A DNA stretch of 64,000 bases, taken from a virus. The notes beneath the pieces were generated by a model. It had not been told where the DNA came from. It made no database searches and saw nothing but the letters and a program-made list of their open reading frames with translations. Within the stretch, counting starts at the first letter, position 1. Each line of letters opens with the position of its first letter. Shown here piece by piece: positions 48,643-57,493 of the stretch. Location of the stretch: positions 23,182 through 87,181 of IMG/VR virus record IMGVR_UViG_3300032046_003126. One strand, written 5' to 3'. Both the position numbers and the translations under genes were made by a program.

Positions 48643-49488
48643 ATGTCAAAAGAACTTATTAAACAATTAATAAAGGAGTTATTAAAAGAAACTCCAATAG
48701 AAGATATTACTAGAATAGGCGACTTTAGTAAAAGACATTCAATTGTTAATCCAGTAGACAGAGCTTTGTTGTCTTCTCCAAAAGCAGAAGTTAAAATAAG
48801 AAAAATTTGGGAAAATACACCTGGAATATTTAATCTTGTTTTCATAAACGATCCAAGAGTAAAAGGTGAAGAGTTTAAAGAAGTTGGAGAAGTTTCGGAA
48901 AATTTCATTAGAACCAAGATGAAAATATCTGAAGAAGAACTTCACATAGACCCTGAAGCTTGTACCATCATATACACTAATAATCGTGGAGATGAAAGAG
49001 TAATGGCAACTGGATGGATTTTAGCACATAGACTTTCTCATAGCCTTTCTAGGGGAAATCCAAGTTATTGGTCAAGTTTCTCAACTCACTTAACAAACAT
49101 TTTTAAAAATTTACTTAATGATGTTTACGGCATACAAATGAGTACAAGCTCCATTGTTCCAAGAGATGAACAACTTTTAATGAAGTTGGCAGCACAACAA
49201 ATAGGAACAATGAAGTCGGCGAGAGATTCTAATTTAAGAAATTGGTATGAATTTGGTCACGAATTGTTTGCTCAATATTTACTCACAGGTTCGATTAAAT
49301 TTAACAAATTGCCTGACTCCTTGGTTACTGATGTACAGGCGTTTGGAAGAAAAAGAAACACTAAAGTATTCGATACAGATACACAAGAAACTTACAATAG
49401 ACATGACCTTGAATATTTCGCTAGTATTATAGAATCAGAGATTGAGTCTATTGTTGAATCTATTCAAGGTAAAATATTTGTGATGTAG
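48643..49488 (+). CDS. Leader-bearing protein with zincin-like HRxxH motif
   Basis: N-terminal LIKQLIKELLKE; WILAHRLSH...EFGHELFAQY. Confidence 0.55.
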   Translation: MSKELIKQLIKELLKETPIEDITRIGDFSKRHSIVNPVDRALLSSPKAEVKIRKIWENTPGIFNLVFINDPRVKGEEFKEVGEVSENFIRTKMKISEEELHIDPEACTIIYTNNRGDERVMATGWILAHRLSHSLSRGNPSYWSSFSTHLTNIFKNLLNDVYGIQMSTSSIVPRDEQLLMKLAAQQIGTMKSARDSNLRNWYEFGHELFAQYLLTGSIKFNKLPDSLVTDVQAFGRKRNTKVFDTDTQETYNRHDLEYFASIIESEIESIVESIQGKIFVM

Positions 49489-49511
49489 TTTTTTAATTAA
49501 TTCTGAATTAC

Positions 49512-49530
49512 ACAAATATTTAATATTTGT
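49512..49530. promoter_or_regulatory. Palindrome ACAAATATT-T-AATATTTGT upstream of a leader-family gene
   Basis: Perfect 9-bp arms; centre 35 nt before ATG 49556; repeated at 50747-50775. Confidence 0.65.
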
Positions 49531-49555
49531 AAAAAGGTTTTTAGAGAGAAATTTT

Positions 49556-49942
49556 ATGAAAATTACAGTTAAACAACTTAGAAAAATTATTAAAGAAGAA
49601 TTATCAAAACATTCATTTAATTCTATTGATGACATATCAGATGAAAACGACATAAACCAACAAAGTGATTTTGAGAAATCCTTAAACGTAGAAGATTTCT
49701 CAGTATACGACACAATTTTATCAAAAATACGAAAATCACCAGAAATGAAACAAAGATTTTTATCTAAACAACCAGCAGAGATTGCGCGTGAATATAAGCT
49801 TGATACAAGTCAACGTTTGCTTTACCTTATTTCTAATTTACAGCAACAAGTAATAGAAGATGATTTTGATTCAGACAACCCCTACAGACACCCTGAAGGG
49901 ACTTATCGTCTGTCTAAAGATGACGAATGGGTAGAAGTCTAA
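49556..49942 (+). CDS. Leader-bearing acidic hypothetical protein
   Basis: MKITVKQLRKIIKEELSK N-terminus. Confidence 0.65.
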   Translation: MKITVKQLRKIIKEELSKHSFNSIDDISDENDINQQSDFEKSLNVEDFSVYDTILSKIRKSPEMKQRFLSKQPAEIAREYKLDTSQRLLYLISNLQQQVIEDDFDSDNPYRHPEGTYRLSKDDEWVEV

Positions 49943-50038
49943 TAGACTGTCTATTTTAGCTACTATTGGTAGGTGTTTATGATTACAATCACAATAGGTA
50001 CTCACCTAAAAGAATATTACGTTTTAATAGATTAAAAC

Positions 50039-50074
50039 AAAAAAAGATTCCCTTTTTAAGAGGAATCTTTTTTT
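50039..50074. terminator. Bidirectional intrinsic terminator
   Basis: A7-GATTCC...GGAATC-T7 hairpin between convergent genes. Confidence 0.75.
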
Positions 50075-50217
50075 ATTATATTTTTTCCTAAAGTAGTTTT
50101 AGGCTGCCATTGCATATTCTTGCCCTGCCGGGATCCAATTGTCAAAATTAATTATATCTTAACAAACTAAAAGTTTAAACTGTTGAGTTAAAATTATTTA
50201 TATATTAACCAGAAATT

Positions 50218-50727
50218 TTATCTAATTTTTCTTACTGCTTGTAAATATTCTTGCTCGGAATATTCTTCCCCATTCAAAAACCAATATTTTTTGCCATTGC
50301 TATGTTCAAGTGCTGGACCATCAAGCCTATGACGTTTTCCATTCAACCACCACTGTTTTGTTCCATTATCATAAATTGCCGGGCCGTCTTCTCTGTGCAG
50401 TTTTCCATTCAAATACCATTGGTTATTTCCATCTGCCCATTCTCTTGCTGGACCATCTTCTCTGTGATATTTGTCATTCAAATACCACTCTTTATATCCA
50501 TTTGCCCATTCAACAGCCGGACCATCTTCTCTGTGAAGTTTTCCATTTAAATACCACTGTTTTGTTCCATCTGCCCATTCAATTGCCGGACCATCTTCTC
50601 TGTGAAGTTTGTTATTCAAATACCATCCTGTGACTAAAGCACCATTTCCATCACGAGTTGGTTTCTGAATTGGTTTTGATAATTCTTCTTTAATAATCTG
50701 TCTAAGTTGTGACTTTGTAATTTTCAT
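50218..50727 (-). CDS. Leader-bearing protein with WYLNGKLHREDGPA repeats
   Basis: MKITKSQLRQIIKEELSK then five ~23-aa W.LNG..HR.DGPA repeats; ATG at 50727 preferred. Confidence 0.8.
   Translation of the reverse strand: MKITKSQLRQIIKEELSKPIQKPTRDGNGALVTGWYLNNKLHREDGPAIEWADGTKQWYLNGKLHREDGPAVEWANGYKEWYLNDKYHREDGPAREWADGNNQWYLNGKLHREDGPAIYDNGTKQWWLNGKRHRLDGPALEHSNGKKYWFLNGEEYSEQEYLQAVRKIR
50270..50630 (-). repeat. Coding tandem repeat, ~69-bp period
   Basis: Recurring ggaccatcttctctgtg...ttcaaatacca units. Confidence 0.8.
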
Positions 50728-50746
50728 AATTTTTTTTCCAGGCAAT

Positions 50747-50775
50747 ATTTCACAAATATTAAATATTTGTGAAAT
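50747..50775. promoter_or_regulatory. Palindrome ATTTCACAAATATT-A-AATATTTGTGAAAT between divergent leader-family genes
   Basis: Perfect 14-bp arms; centre 34 nt before ATG 50727 on the minus strand. Confidence 0.7.
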
Positions 50776-50820
50776 TTAGAATTATCATTTTTTATTAACA
50801 TCGTAAATATAGTTACTTTT

Positions 50821-51261
50821 ATGTTAATAAAAGAATATATAAAGTTGTTAATAAAAGAAGAACTTAACAAAACAGATAAGACAGAAAAAGATTTAGAATT
50901 GTTTTTAAAAACTGTTGTACCTAATTTAATACAACACTGTATGATTAGAACAAATTCTGTAAAAGTCTGTGGATATATTTCGGAAGATTTTAACAAACTT
51001 GCATTAGATGCCGGGTTTGATAGTAGAGTAATGTCAAATTCTAGACATTTTACTAATTTAGTAAGATTAGTAGATGGCGACTATGAAGTTGACCTATCTA
51101 ATATTCAATTCCAATTCTCTGAGGATAATGTAGAAAAATACAACGACGAAGCCGGGAAAGATATATATTCGTATCACGGCGAAACAATGGAGACTCAGAG
51201 ACTTTTGGATATTGTTAAAACCGATCCATTTAAAGCAATAAAAGTAACCAAGTTAGTTTAA
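50821..51261 (+). CDS. Leader-bearing protein with papain/transglutaminase-like Cys-His-Asp motif
   Basis: MLIKEYIKLLIKEELNK; CGYISEDF...HFTNLV...EVDLSNIQF. Confidence 0.55.
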   Translation: MLIKEYIKLLIKEELNKTDKTEKDLELFLKTVVPNLIQHCMIRTNSVKVCGYISEDFNKLALDAGFDSRVMSNSRHFTNLVRLVDGDYEVDLSNIQFQFSEDNVEKYNDEAGKDIYSYHGETMETQRLLDIVKTDPFKAIKVTKLV

Positions 51262-51341
51262 ATTTCTTTTTTGCAAATTTGACAGCTTTATATTATGATG
51301 TGAACATAGTTCAACATTTATTACAAACTATATTTATACTC

Positions 51342-51965
51342 ATGAAAATAAAAATAAACAAAAAAGAAGAAGGCGCAGTAATGATGATCGTTGTGTTGTT
51401 GTTGATGATTGTAACTGCATCTGGGGTTTATGCCGTTCACGCGACAACCTCAGAGCTTCGTGGATCTGGTGCAACAAGAAATGCATATCAAGCTGAAATC
51501 GCCGCTTCATCAATAACAGAAGCCGCAATTGATTTGACAAACAGGATTGGTCCTGGCAATCTATATAGACGAGCAATTAATAATTCCCCCTTGAATCTCT
51601 CAGGAGTAGAAAATCCATCAAGTCTGTCTTCGGGAATGATTGGAACCCGATTATATGAAACAGATATCAATAATAATTTACCAATTAATATTATTGGTTC
51701 AAATAGCTTAAACAATGGTGTACCACAAACTATTCAAGGAGTTGTTGATGTTTATGATATGTATAGGTTTACTGGTTCTATTGCTGGAAATAGGTCCGAT
51801 GGGCAAGGTCATCTTTCTTATTTAAAAGCAACATATACGGGCCGCACAAGAGTTACCTTGCCAATTCTAGAAGGAAACTCTGTTTCTCCACAAGAAATTC
51901 GAGAACAACAGACTACAACATCTACGACTAGACTCATAGCAACATCTGGTCCATTCAATTTTTAA
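51342..51965 (+). CDS. pilX: Type IV pilus minor pilin, PilX-like
   Basis: KKEEG|AVMMIVVLLLMIVTASGVYA prepilin-type leader and hydrophobic helix, then SELRGSG..R...QAEIAA PilX-like N-terminus; adjacent to PilY1. Confidence 0.75.
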   Translation: MKIKINKKEEGAVMMIVVLLLMIVTASGVYAVHATTSELRGSGATRNAYQAEIAASSITEAAIDLTNRIGPGNLYRRAINNSPLNLSGVENPSSLSSGMIGTRLYETDINNNLPINIIGSNSLNNGVPQTIQGVVDVYDMYRFTGSIAGNRSDGQGHLSYLKATYTGRTRVTLPILEGNSVSPQEIREQQTTTSTTRLIATSGPFNF

Positions 51966-51998
51966 TTCTCTTTATATGTAACACAAGGTTCCACTATT

Positions 51999-54900
51999 AT
52001 GAAAAACAATTCCGCCATTAATATAATTTTCTATTCATTTCTTTTATTTGTTTTATCATTGACGGCAATCAACAAAGCACAAGGACAAATAACAACACCT
52101 GATGCTAGAAATATTGCTCCTGCTGTTATGTTATTATTGGATAGTTCTGGTTCTATGGAACGAGTGAACAATTGCATTTGTACGACGAGTAATTGTAACG
52201 AATGCTTGCCTACTTGCTCAAATACAAATACTGGAGTCAATCAACAGAATCGTTGGTCTGTTATTGTTCAGGCACTTGGTGGAGATTATTCACCTTTCAA
52301 ATGTTTACAAACCACTCGTCCTCTTTCTACTCCAGATTTTGGTTATAATATTCCATTTTATTCTTTTACTGGTTCCCAATCAGTTACTAATGGAATTTTA
52401 GATACATATGGAATAAGAGTTAGGTTTGGTTTAATGACATTTGATAATACACCAATGGTTGTTGGTGCATCTTCTTTGTATACATCTTCAAATTATCTTG
52501 CAAATAATACTACGACAAATTGGCAAGGAGACTTTTCTTATGGGCCAAATCGAGTTTTTTCTTTACCTGGAATCATGTTTGCATACATGATTAATAATGG
52601 TGCAAGAAGTGAAAATGCCTTAAATCCAACTTATGGAAGATTGTTTTCTACAGGCTCAAATTCTACAACCTCTCAATCAAGAGCTGCACTTGTAAAAGCA
52701 GAACTTCCTCTTATTCGTCCATATGGCGGTAGACCAATTGCCGCAATGTTACATGATTATGAATATTATCTAAATAATCATGTAGATGTTGTTGATGACC
52801 CATATAATGATTGTAGACAACAAATCGCAATTCTTATTGTTAATGGATATCCGAATAGTGATATGCGTGGAAGTCCTTATTTTTGTGAAGATACATCTTC
52901 AGGTGGCGTTTGTCCATATGATGAACCTGAGATAATCGCTGCAAGAATTTCTAATTCATCTAATAGAAAAGTTTATGTTATTGGACTTGGAAATGAAGTT
53001 GTTTCTGACCCAACACTTGTTTCAAAATTAAACTTTATTGCTCAATACAGCGGTACAAACAATGCATTGTTTGCAAACAATGCCTCTACACTAAGAACAC
53101 AAATAGCCTATATATTAGATATAACCGCCACAGGAACAACATCTCGTTCCATTCCAACAATTAGTTCTACAGCGGCTTTGATAAACAATAGTTCACCTGT
53201 TCAATCTCAATATAATTCAGGATTTACTCTTGGAACAAATGGTGGACCATATAACGGCATTCTCGAAAGACACAGAACACATTGTGTTAATACAACTCCC
53301 ATTGCTCAAACAATTGATAATACTGATAGATTTCATATGATTTTGAATCAAAGAATTTCTAGTAGAACACTTTATACAATTGTACCACGAAGTGCAACAA
53401 ACACAACAGGATATCTAATCGGCATAGGAAATGCCATTCCGCCTCTTAGTTCTACTTCTGGTGGTGGTGGTAATAGCTCAAATCAAACACATGGAAATGG
53501 TGGAAGTAGTTGCAGAACTCCAGGACCAGGAAATACTAATCAAAATAATTCTTCTGTTAGTCCAACTGCTTCTGAAAGTGGCCTAGTTTTAACAGCATTT
53601 AATTCAAACAATGTTACTGCTGCGCATCTTGGATTAACTTCTGGTTCTTCTGCTGTAAGAAATGCTGAAAGGGATAGAATTGTAAATTGGATTCATGGAG
53701 CAAACAATATTAGAGGCACTCTTGTTTCAAGACTTGGAGACATATATCACTCTTCTCCAATTGTTGTTGGCAGACCTCAGTTTAGTATTCCAGATGAATC
53801 ATATAATGAATTCAAACAATTGCCGGTTGTAGCAAACAGACCTTCTGTTTTATATGTTGCATCAAATGATGGAGTTTTACATGCATTTATAGCAGAAACT
53901 ATTACTGTAACTGCTGGTCCATATGCCGGTAGGACATTCACAGCCGGTGAAGAATTATGGGGATTTATTCCACCATATGTTTTACCAAAACTTCAAAGTG
54001 CAACATCGGTACATACTTGGACAGTAGACGGAACTCCATATGTCAGAGAAGTATTTTACAGAAAACTTCCTGGGCAAGCTGCCGATGCAAACATATATCA
54101 TACTGTTTTAATTGTTCCTTTGGGAAAAGGCGGTGGAGCATATATTGCTCTTGATATAACTAATCCATTAGTCCCAATATTTTTATGGCAATTTACTTCT
54201 AATAACATGGGTACAACTATGGGAGCACCTGCAATCGCTCAAGTGTTAATTTCCGTTAACGGAAATCTTGAAGAAAGAGCTATGGCAATATTGCCTTCTG
54301 GATATAAAGATCCTATTGACCCAAATACTTGTGGTCCAACAATTAATGGAGATTCTTGGAGTCAGCCACTTGGTTGTAGTTCAAACGGAATTGGTACACC
54401 TCCTCTAAATGCCGGAACACAAAACGCTGTGAATCATCATAGATGTTGGAACGTTGATGGAAGACAGGTATACTTTATTGATCCTTCAACTGGTCAACTT
54501 ATTAAGTCAATTGGAGATACTGTTTTCAATGCTCCAATGACTGGTGGTATTGGTTTATATTCAGGAGATACAGGAACTATTACCACAAGAGCATTTATGA
54601 CAGATGCAGATGGGTTCCTTTGGAGATTTGATTTGTCTAGTTCTAATCCTTCCAATTGGTCTGCTCTGCAATTTGCTGATCTGTTTGTTGATTTGCATAA
54701 TCAATATCCGAATGTTGGACAACCAAGTTATTTTGCTCCAGTAATAAGTACAAATGCTGCTGGTGAACTTGTTGTTATTCAAGGAACTGGAAATATTGAT
54801 TATCTTGATGGAACTGCTCCAAATAGAATTGGTTCATTTACAGAAACAATGAATGGTAATACTGTTGGAATTAGAACAAATTGGACTATTGCTTTACCTT

Positions 54901-55376
54901 CAGGCGAACAAATGACCGGACCAATTCAACTTTATGACAGTACAGCTTATTTTACAACCTTTTCTTCTACTGGAACTTCTACAAATACTTGTCAATTAGG
55001 TACAAGTTATATTTGGGGAGTTGACTTCACAGAAGCTTCTAGTGGTTCACCAACACCACGATTACAAACATCTGCATCAACATACGCTCAAAAGGTTTCA
55101 GCGGGGAATAACGTGCTTCTTGGAGCAGCACTTGCACAAGAACTTAGTTGCACAACAACAACTCCTATTGTTACCTATGATTCATACGTTGGAGGAAATA
55201 TATCTGGATATAATATAACTGGTTCTGGTGGAGGAGGCTATAGAATGTTTGGATTAGTTGGAGGCATTTCTTCTTCAGCTATTACAAATGGAAGTTCTAT
55301 TGGTGAATTTAATAGAACTTTAGAGAGTCCAGCAAACTATACGAGAATAGATGGATATGTTGGCAGGGCCGAATAA
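51999..55376 (+). CDS. pilY1: Type IV pilus tip adhesin, PilY1/PilC-like (vWA plus beta-propeller)
   Basis: Sec signal peptide; LLLDSSGSM, RFGLMTFD vWA; LGDIYHSSP, YVASNDGVLHAF, GEELWGFIP, VDGTP, ALDITNP, LWQF, DADGFLWRFD PilC propeller motifs. Confidence 0.88.
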   Translation: MKNNSAINIIFYSFLLFVLSLTAINKAQGQITTPDARNIAPAVMLLLDSSGSMERVNNCICTTSNCNECLPTCSNTNTGVNQQNRWSVIVQALGGDYSPFKCLQTTRPLSTPDFGYNIPFYSFTGSQSVTNGILDTYGIRVRFGLMTFDNTPMVVGASSLYTSSNYLANNTTTNWQGDFSYGPNRVFSLPGIMFAYMINNGARSENALNPTYGRLFSTGSNSTTSQSRAALVKAELPLIRPYGGRPIAAMLHDYEYYLNNHVDVVDDPYNDCRQQIAILIVNGYPNSDMRGSPYFCEDTSSGGVCPYDEPEIIAARISNSSNRKVYVIGLGNEVVSDPTLVSKLNFIAQYSGTNNALFANNASTLRTQIAYILDITATGTTSRSIPTISSTAALINNSSPVQSQYNSGFTLGTNGGPYNGILERHRTHCVNTTPIAQTIDNTDRFHMILNQRISSRTLYTIVPRSATNTTGYLIGIGNAIPPLSSTSGGGGNSSNQTHGNGGSSCRTPGPGNTNQNNSSVSPTASESGLVLTAFNSNNVTAAHLGLTSGSSAVRNAERDRIVNWIHGANNIRGTLVSRLGDIYHSSPIVVGRPQFSIPDESYNEFKQLPVVANRPSVLYVASNDGVLHAFIAETITVTAGPYAGRTFTAGEELWGFIPPYVLPKLQSATSVHTWTVDGTPYVREVFYRKLPGQAADANIYHTVLIVPLGKGGGAYIALDITNPLVPIFLWQFTSNNMGTTMGAPAIAQVLISVNGNLEERAMAILPSGYKDPIDPNTCGPTINGDSWSQPLGCSSNGIGTPPLNAGTQNAVNHHRCWNVDGRQVYFIDPSTGQLIKSIGDTVFNAPMTGGIGLYSGDTGTITTRAFMTDADGFLWRFDLSSSNPSNWSALQFADLFVDLHNQYPNVGQPSYFAPVISTNAAGELVVIQGTGNIDYLDGTAPNRIGSFTETMNGNTVGIRTNWTIALPSGEQMTGPIQLYDSTAYFTTFSSTGTSTNTCQLGTSYIWGVDFTEASSGSPTPRLQTSASTYAQKVSAGNNVLLGAALAQELSCTTTTPIVTYDSYVGGNISGYNITGSGGGGYRMFGLVGGISSSAITNGSSIGEFNRTLESPANYTRIDGYVGRAE

Positions 55377-55407
55377 TTGTTCTTGCGTCTACTATTGGTA
55401 TAGAATA

Positions 55408-56796
55408 TTATTTGTTTCTAGGTTTTTTCTTTTTTGTGCCAAGTTTTTTCTGTCCTGGTGCTGTACTCATACCAAGTGGTAAAGTATATCCAACAATTGC
55501 ACCGCCGCCGACAGCACTAAATTCTTTTAGTTCTTCTTCAACCATTTCTTCAATTATTTGTTTTAAAGCTTTCTTTGATTCATCAATCATACCAAGACCC
55601 ATCATTGGCTTATCTTGATTAAGATTATCTGCCACTTTTTTAACAACTTTTTTAGAATGTTCTGTGTTGGGGTCGTTTTTATCAATATACACTTTATCTA
55701 AGCCTGGTAATGCATTTTTTCTTATTTTATTTGTTGCCAGAGTATGACCAAGTTTGTCTGCTATGTTTTTTTCGCTCATAATTTCTCTTTCTAGTGATTC
55801 GTTTTTAAAAGACTTGTCAGTCCATTCTTCTTGTTCTTCGGCTTTTTCTGGGTCTATTTGACTTTGTATTGATAAATACGTTGCAGGTATTGTTCCTTGA
55901 TAACCCAGTGAATCATATGTGGATAATACTGAGGTATAAAAATTTGGAACTTCTGTGTCTACATATCCATAAGAAATAGAACCATCATACTCGTTACGCA
56001 AAACATCTTCGTCTATTACTAATTTCGAGTAATCTTTTAATGCCGAGCCTTCTACTTTAATCACAATAGTTCTTTCTTCAAAACGATTTGCTAATTCATC
56101 TGCTATTTGTTCGGCATAAGATAAATTTGATGTCAAATAGACAGCATTTCTTAACTTAAGATTAAATTGTGTCCACCCTTCACCTTGTTCTTGTTTTGCT
56201 TCTTTGGAAGGTAATAAGCCTTTAGTTTTTATTGAGGACCAGTTGGAATATCTAGTAGCATGGTACCATGGCATTTGAGTTATAGGTTTTAAGACTTTAA
56301 CTTTGAAAGACTCGTATTCATCAACACCCGAAGTTCTTTCTTTTTTAAATTTGCCTTTAACATTTTTGACATTTTTAATCAAGTTGTTTGCTTGGCCAAT
56401 TGGTTCATATGTTTTTTCCCAAGAATTTTCATCAGTATTTTCAATAACTACTGTTGCATTTAATAATTCAGGTATTTGTTCAATGGCAGATTGAATAGAA
56501 ATTGCTGTTCTTGGGTCAAGTAAAGAACGCTCATTTGGCAAAATTATTGTATGATTTGTTTTATCATAAACAAATAAAGCATCTTTAAAATTAATACTCT
56601 GTGAAGGATCAAAACCACCAACAGTCTTATTTCCTTTTTCTGGCACAAGACTATTTGGATTATACTTGATATAAGGTGTATTGTTTTTTTTCAAATAACT
56701 ATAAAATAATTCTTTAGAATATTCGGGATGTAATTTATAATCTATAGTAGATTTAATTTCCTCAAGAATAAGTTCTTTTAGTTTTAATAATTTCAT
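55408..56796 (-). CDS. Leader-bearing protein with ADP-ribosyltransferase/Tpt1-like domain
   Basis: MKLLKLKELILEEI; WYHAT...SIKTKGLLP...AVYLTSNLSYA...IVIKV; GTIP; second leader-like segment LKQIIEEMVEEELKE near the C-terminus. Confidence 0.6.
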   Translation of the reverse strand: MKLLKLKELILEEIKSTIDYKLHPEYSKELFYSYLKKNNTPYIKYNPNSLVPEKGNKTVGGFDPSQSINFKDALFVYDKTNHTIILPNERSLLDPRTAISIQSAIEQIPELLNATVVIENTDENSWEKTYEPIGQANNLIKNVKNVKGKFKKERTSGVDEYESFKVKVLKPITQMPWYHATRYSNWSSIKTKGLLPSKEAKQEQGEGWTQFNLKLRNAVYLTSNLSYAEQIADELANRFEERTIVIKVEGSALKDYSKLVIDEDVLRNEYDGSISYGYVDTEVPNFYTSVLSTYDSLGYQGTIPATYLSIQSQIDPEKAEEQEEWTDKSFKNESLEREIMSEKNIADKLGHTLATNKIRKNALPGLDKVYIDKNDPNTEHSKKVVKKVADNLNQDKPMMGLGMIDESKKALKQIIEEMVEEELKEFSAVGGGAIVGYTLPLGMSTAPGQKKLGTKKKKPRNK

Positions 56797-56797
56797 A

Positions 56798-57493
56798 TCA
56801 ACTATTATTTCTTTGAGAATTAATATTCGTTATTACTTTTTGTAATTCTTGTAATGAAGTTGTTGCACTTGTATGTAAAATTCCAATTCCACCAGCATTT
56901 ATAAATGGATTAACATATTTTTCTCTATCATCAATTAAAACTGCACCAGGTTTAGCATATTGGCTTTTATTTTTAGTACAATGGAAAGAAGAAAATTTTC
57001 CTGCAAAGTTATTATTCATCCATTGAAGTTTTTCTTTTTCACATATTTCCATGCTGCCATCAATTGGCGCAGTTAATATACCTGGCAAATTACCAGTCAT
57101 TGAAATAACTCCGTCAACAAGTTGTGAAGCATCAGGCATTTGCTGTAGATTAAGAAAAAAACCAGGTTCTCCCGCAACTAGATATTTTTTTGACTTAAAT
57201 TCATTCCATGAATTTTTTAATGCTTTTAATCCTGGGTCTGTTTGAACGCCAGCTAGTGATTTTTTTATTTGTTCATCAGAAAGATTTTTGAACTCTTCAT
57301 TAGAAGACAAGATTTTTTCATATTCTTCTTTATTTTTCTTTAATTGAGCATTATCATAAAAAGAAGTTTCTATATCTGCCAATACACCATCCATGTCAAG
57401 ATATACAACTATTTTTGGAGGATTAGGATATTGAACATTATACAGTTCATTTTCTACTAATATTTTTATATAATTTTTTAATTGCTGTGTCAT
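56798..57493 (-). CDS. Leader-bearing HAD 5'(3')-deoxyribonucleotidase-like protein
   Basis: LKNYIKILVENEL; VYLDMDGVLAD, FFLNL, ILTAP, EKLQW, VLIDD, AGGIGILH. Confidence 0.8.
   Translation of the reverse strand: MTQQLKNYIKILVENELYNVQYPNPPKIVVYLDMDGVLADIETSFYDNAQLKKNKEEYEKILSSNEEFKNLSDEQIKKSLAGVQTDPGLKALKNSWNEFKSKKYLVAGEPGFFLNLQQMPDASQLVDGVISMTGNLPGILTAPIDGSMEICEKEKLQWMNNNFAGKFSSFHCTKNKSQYAKPGAVLIDDREKYVNPFINAGGIGILHTSATTSLQELQKVITNINSQRNNS

Noticed and set aside
50270-50630. CRISPR-like or DGR-like repeat array
   Set aside because: Repeats are in-frame ~69-bp coding units of the HREDGPA protein with no unique spacers; no cas or reverse transcriptase gene in the window
49960-55400. 12-mer CTACTATTGGTA just after the stops of 49556..49942 and pilY1
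   Set aside because: Only two copies; 12-mer repeats are expected by chance in 64 kb of AT-rich DNA, so there is too little support for an att site or terminator
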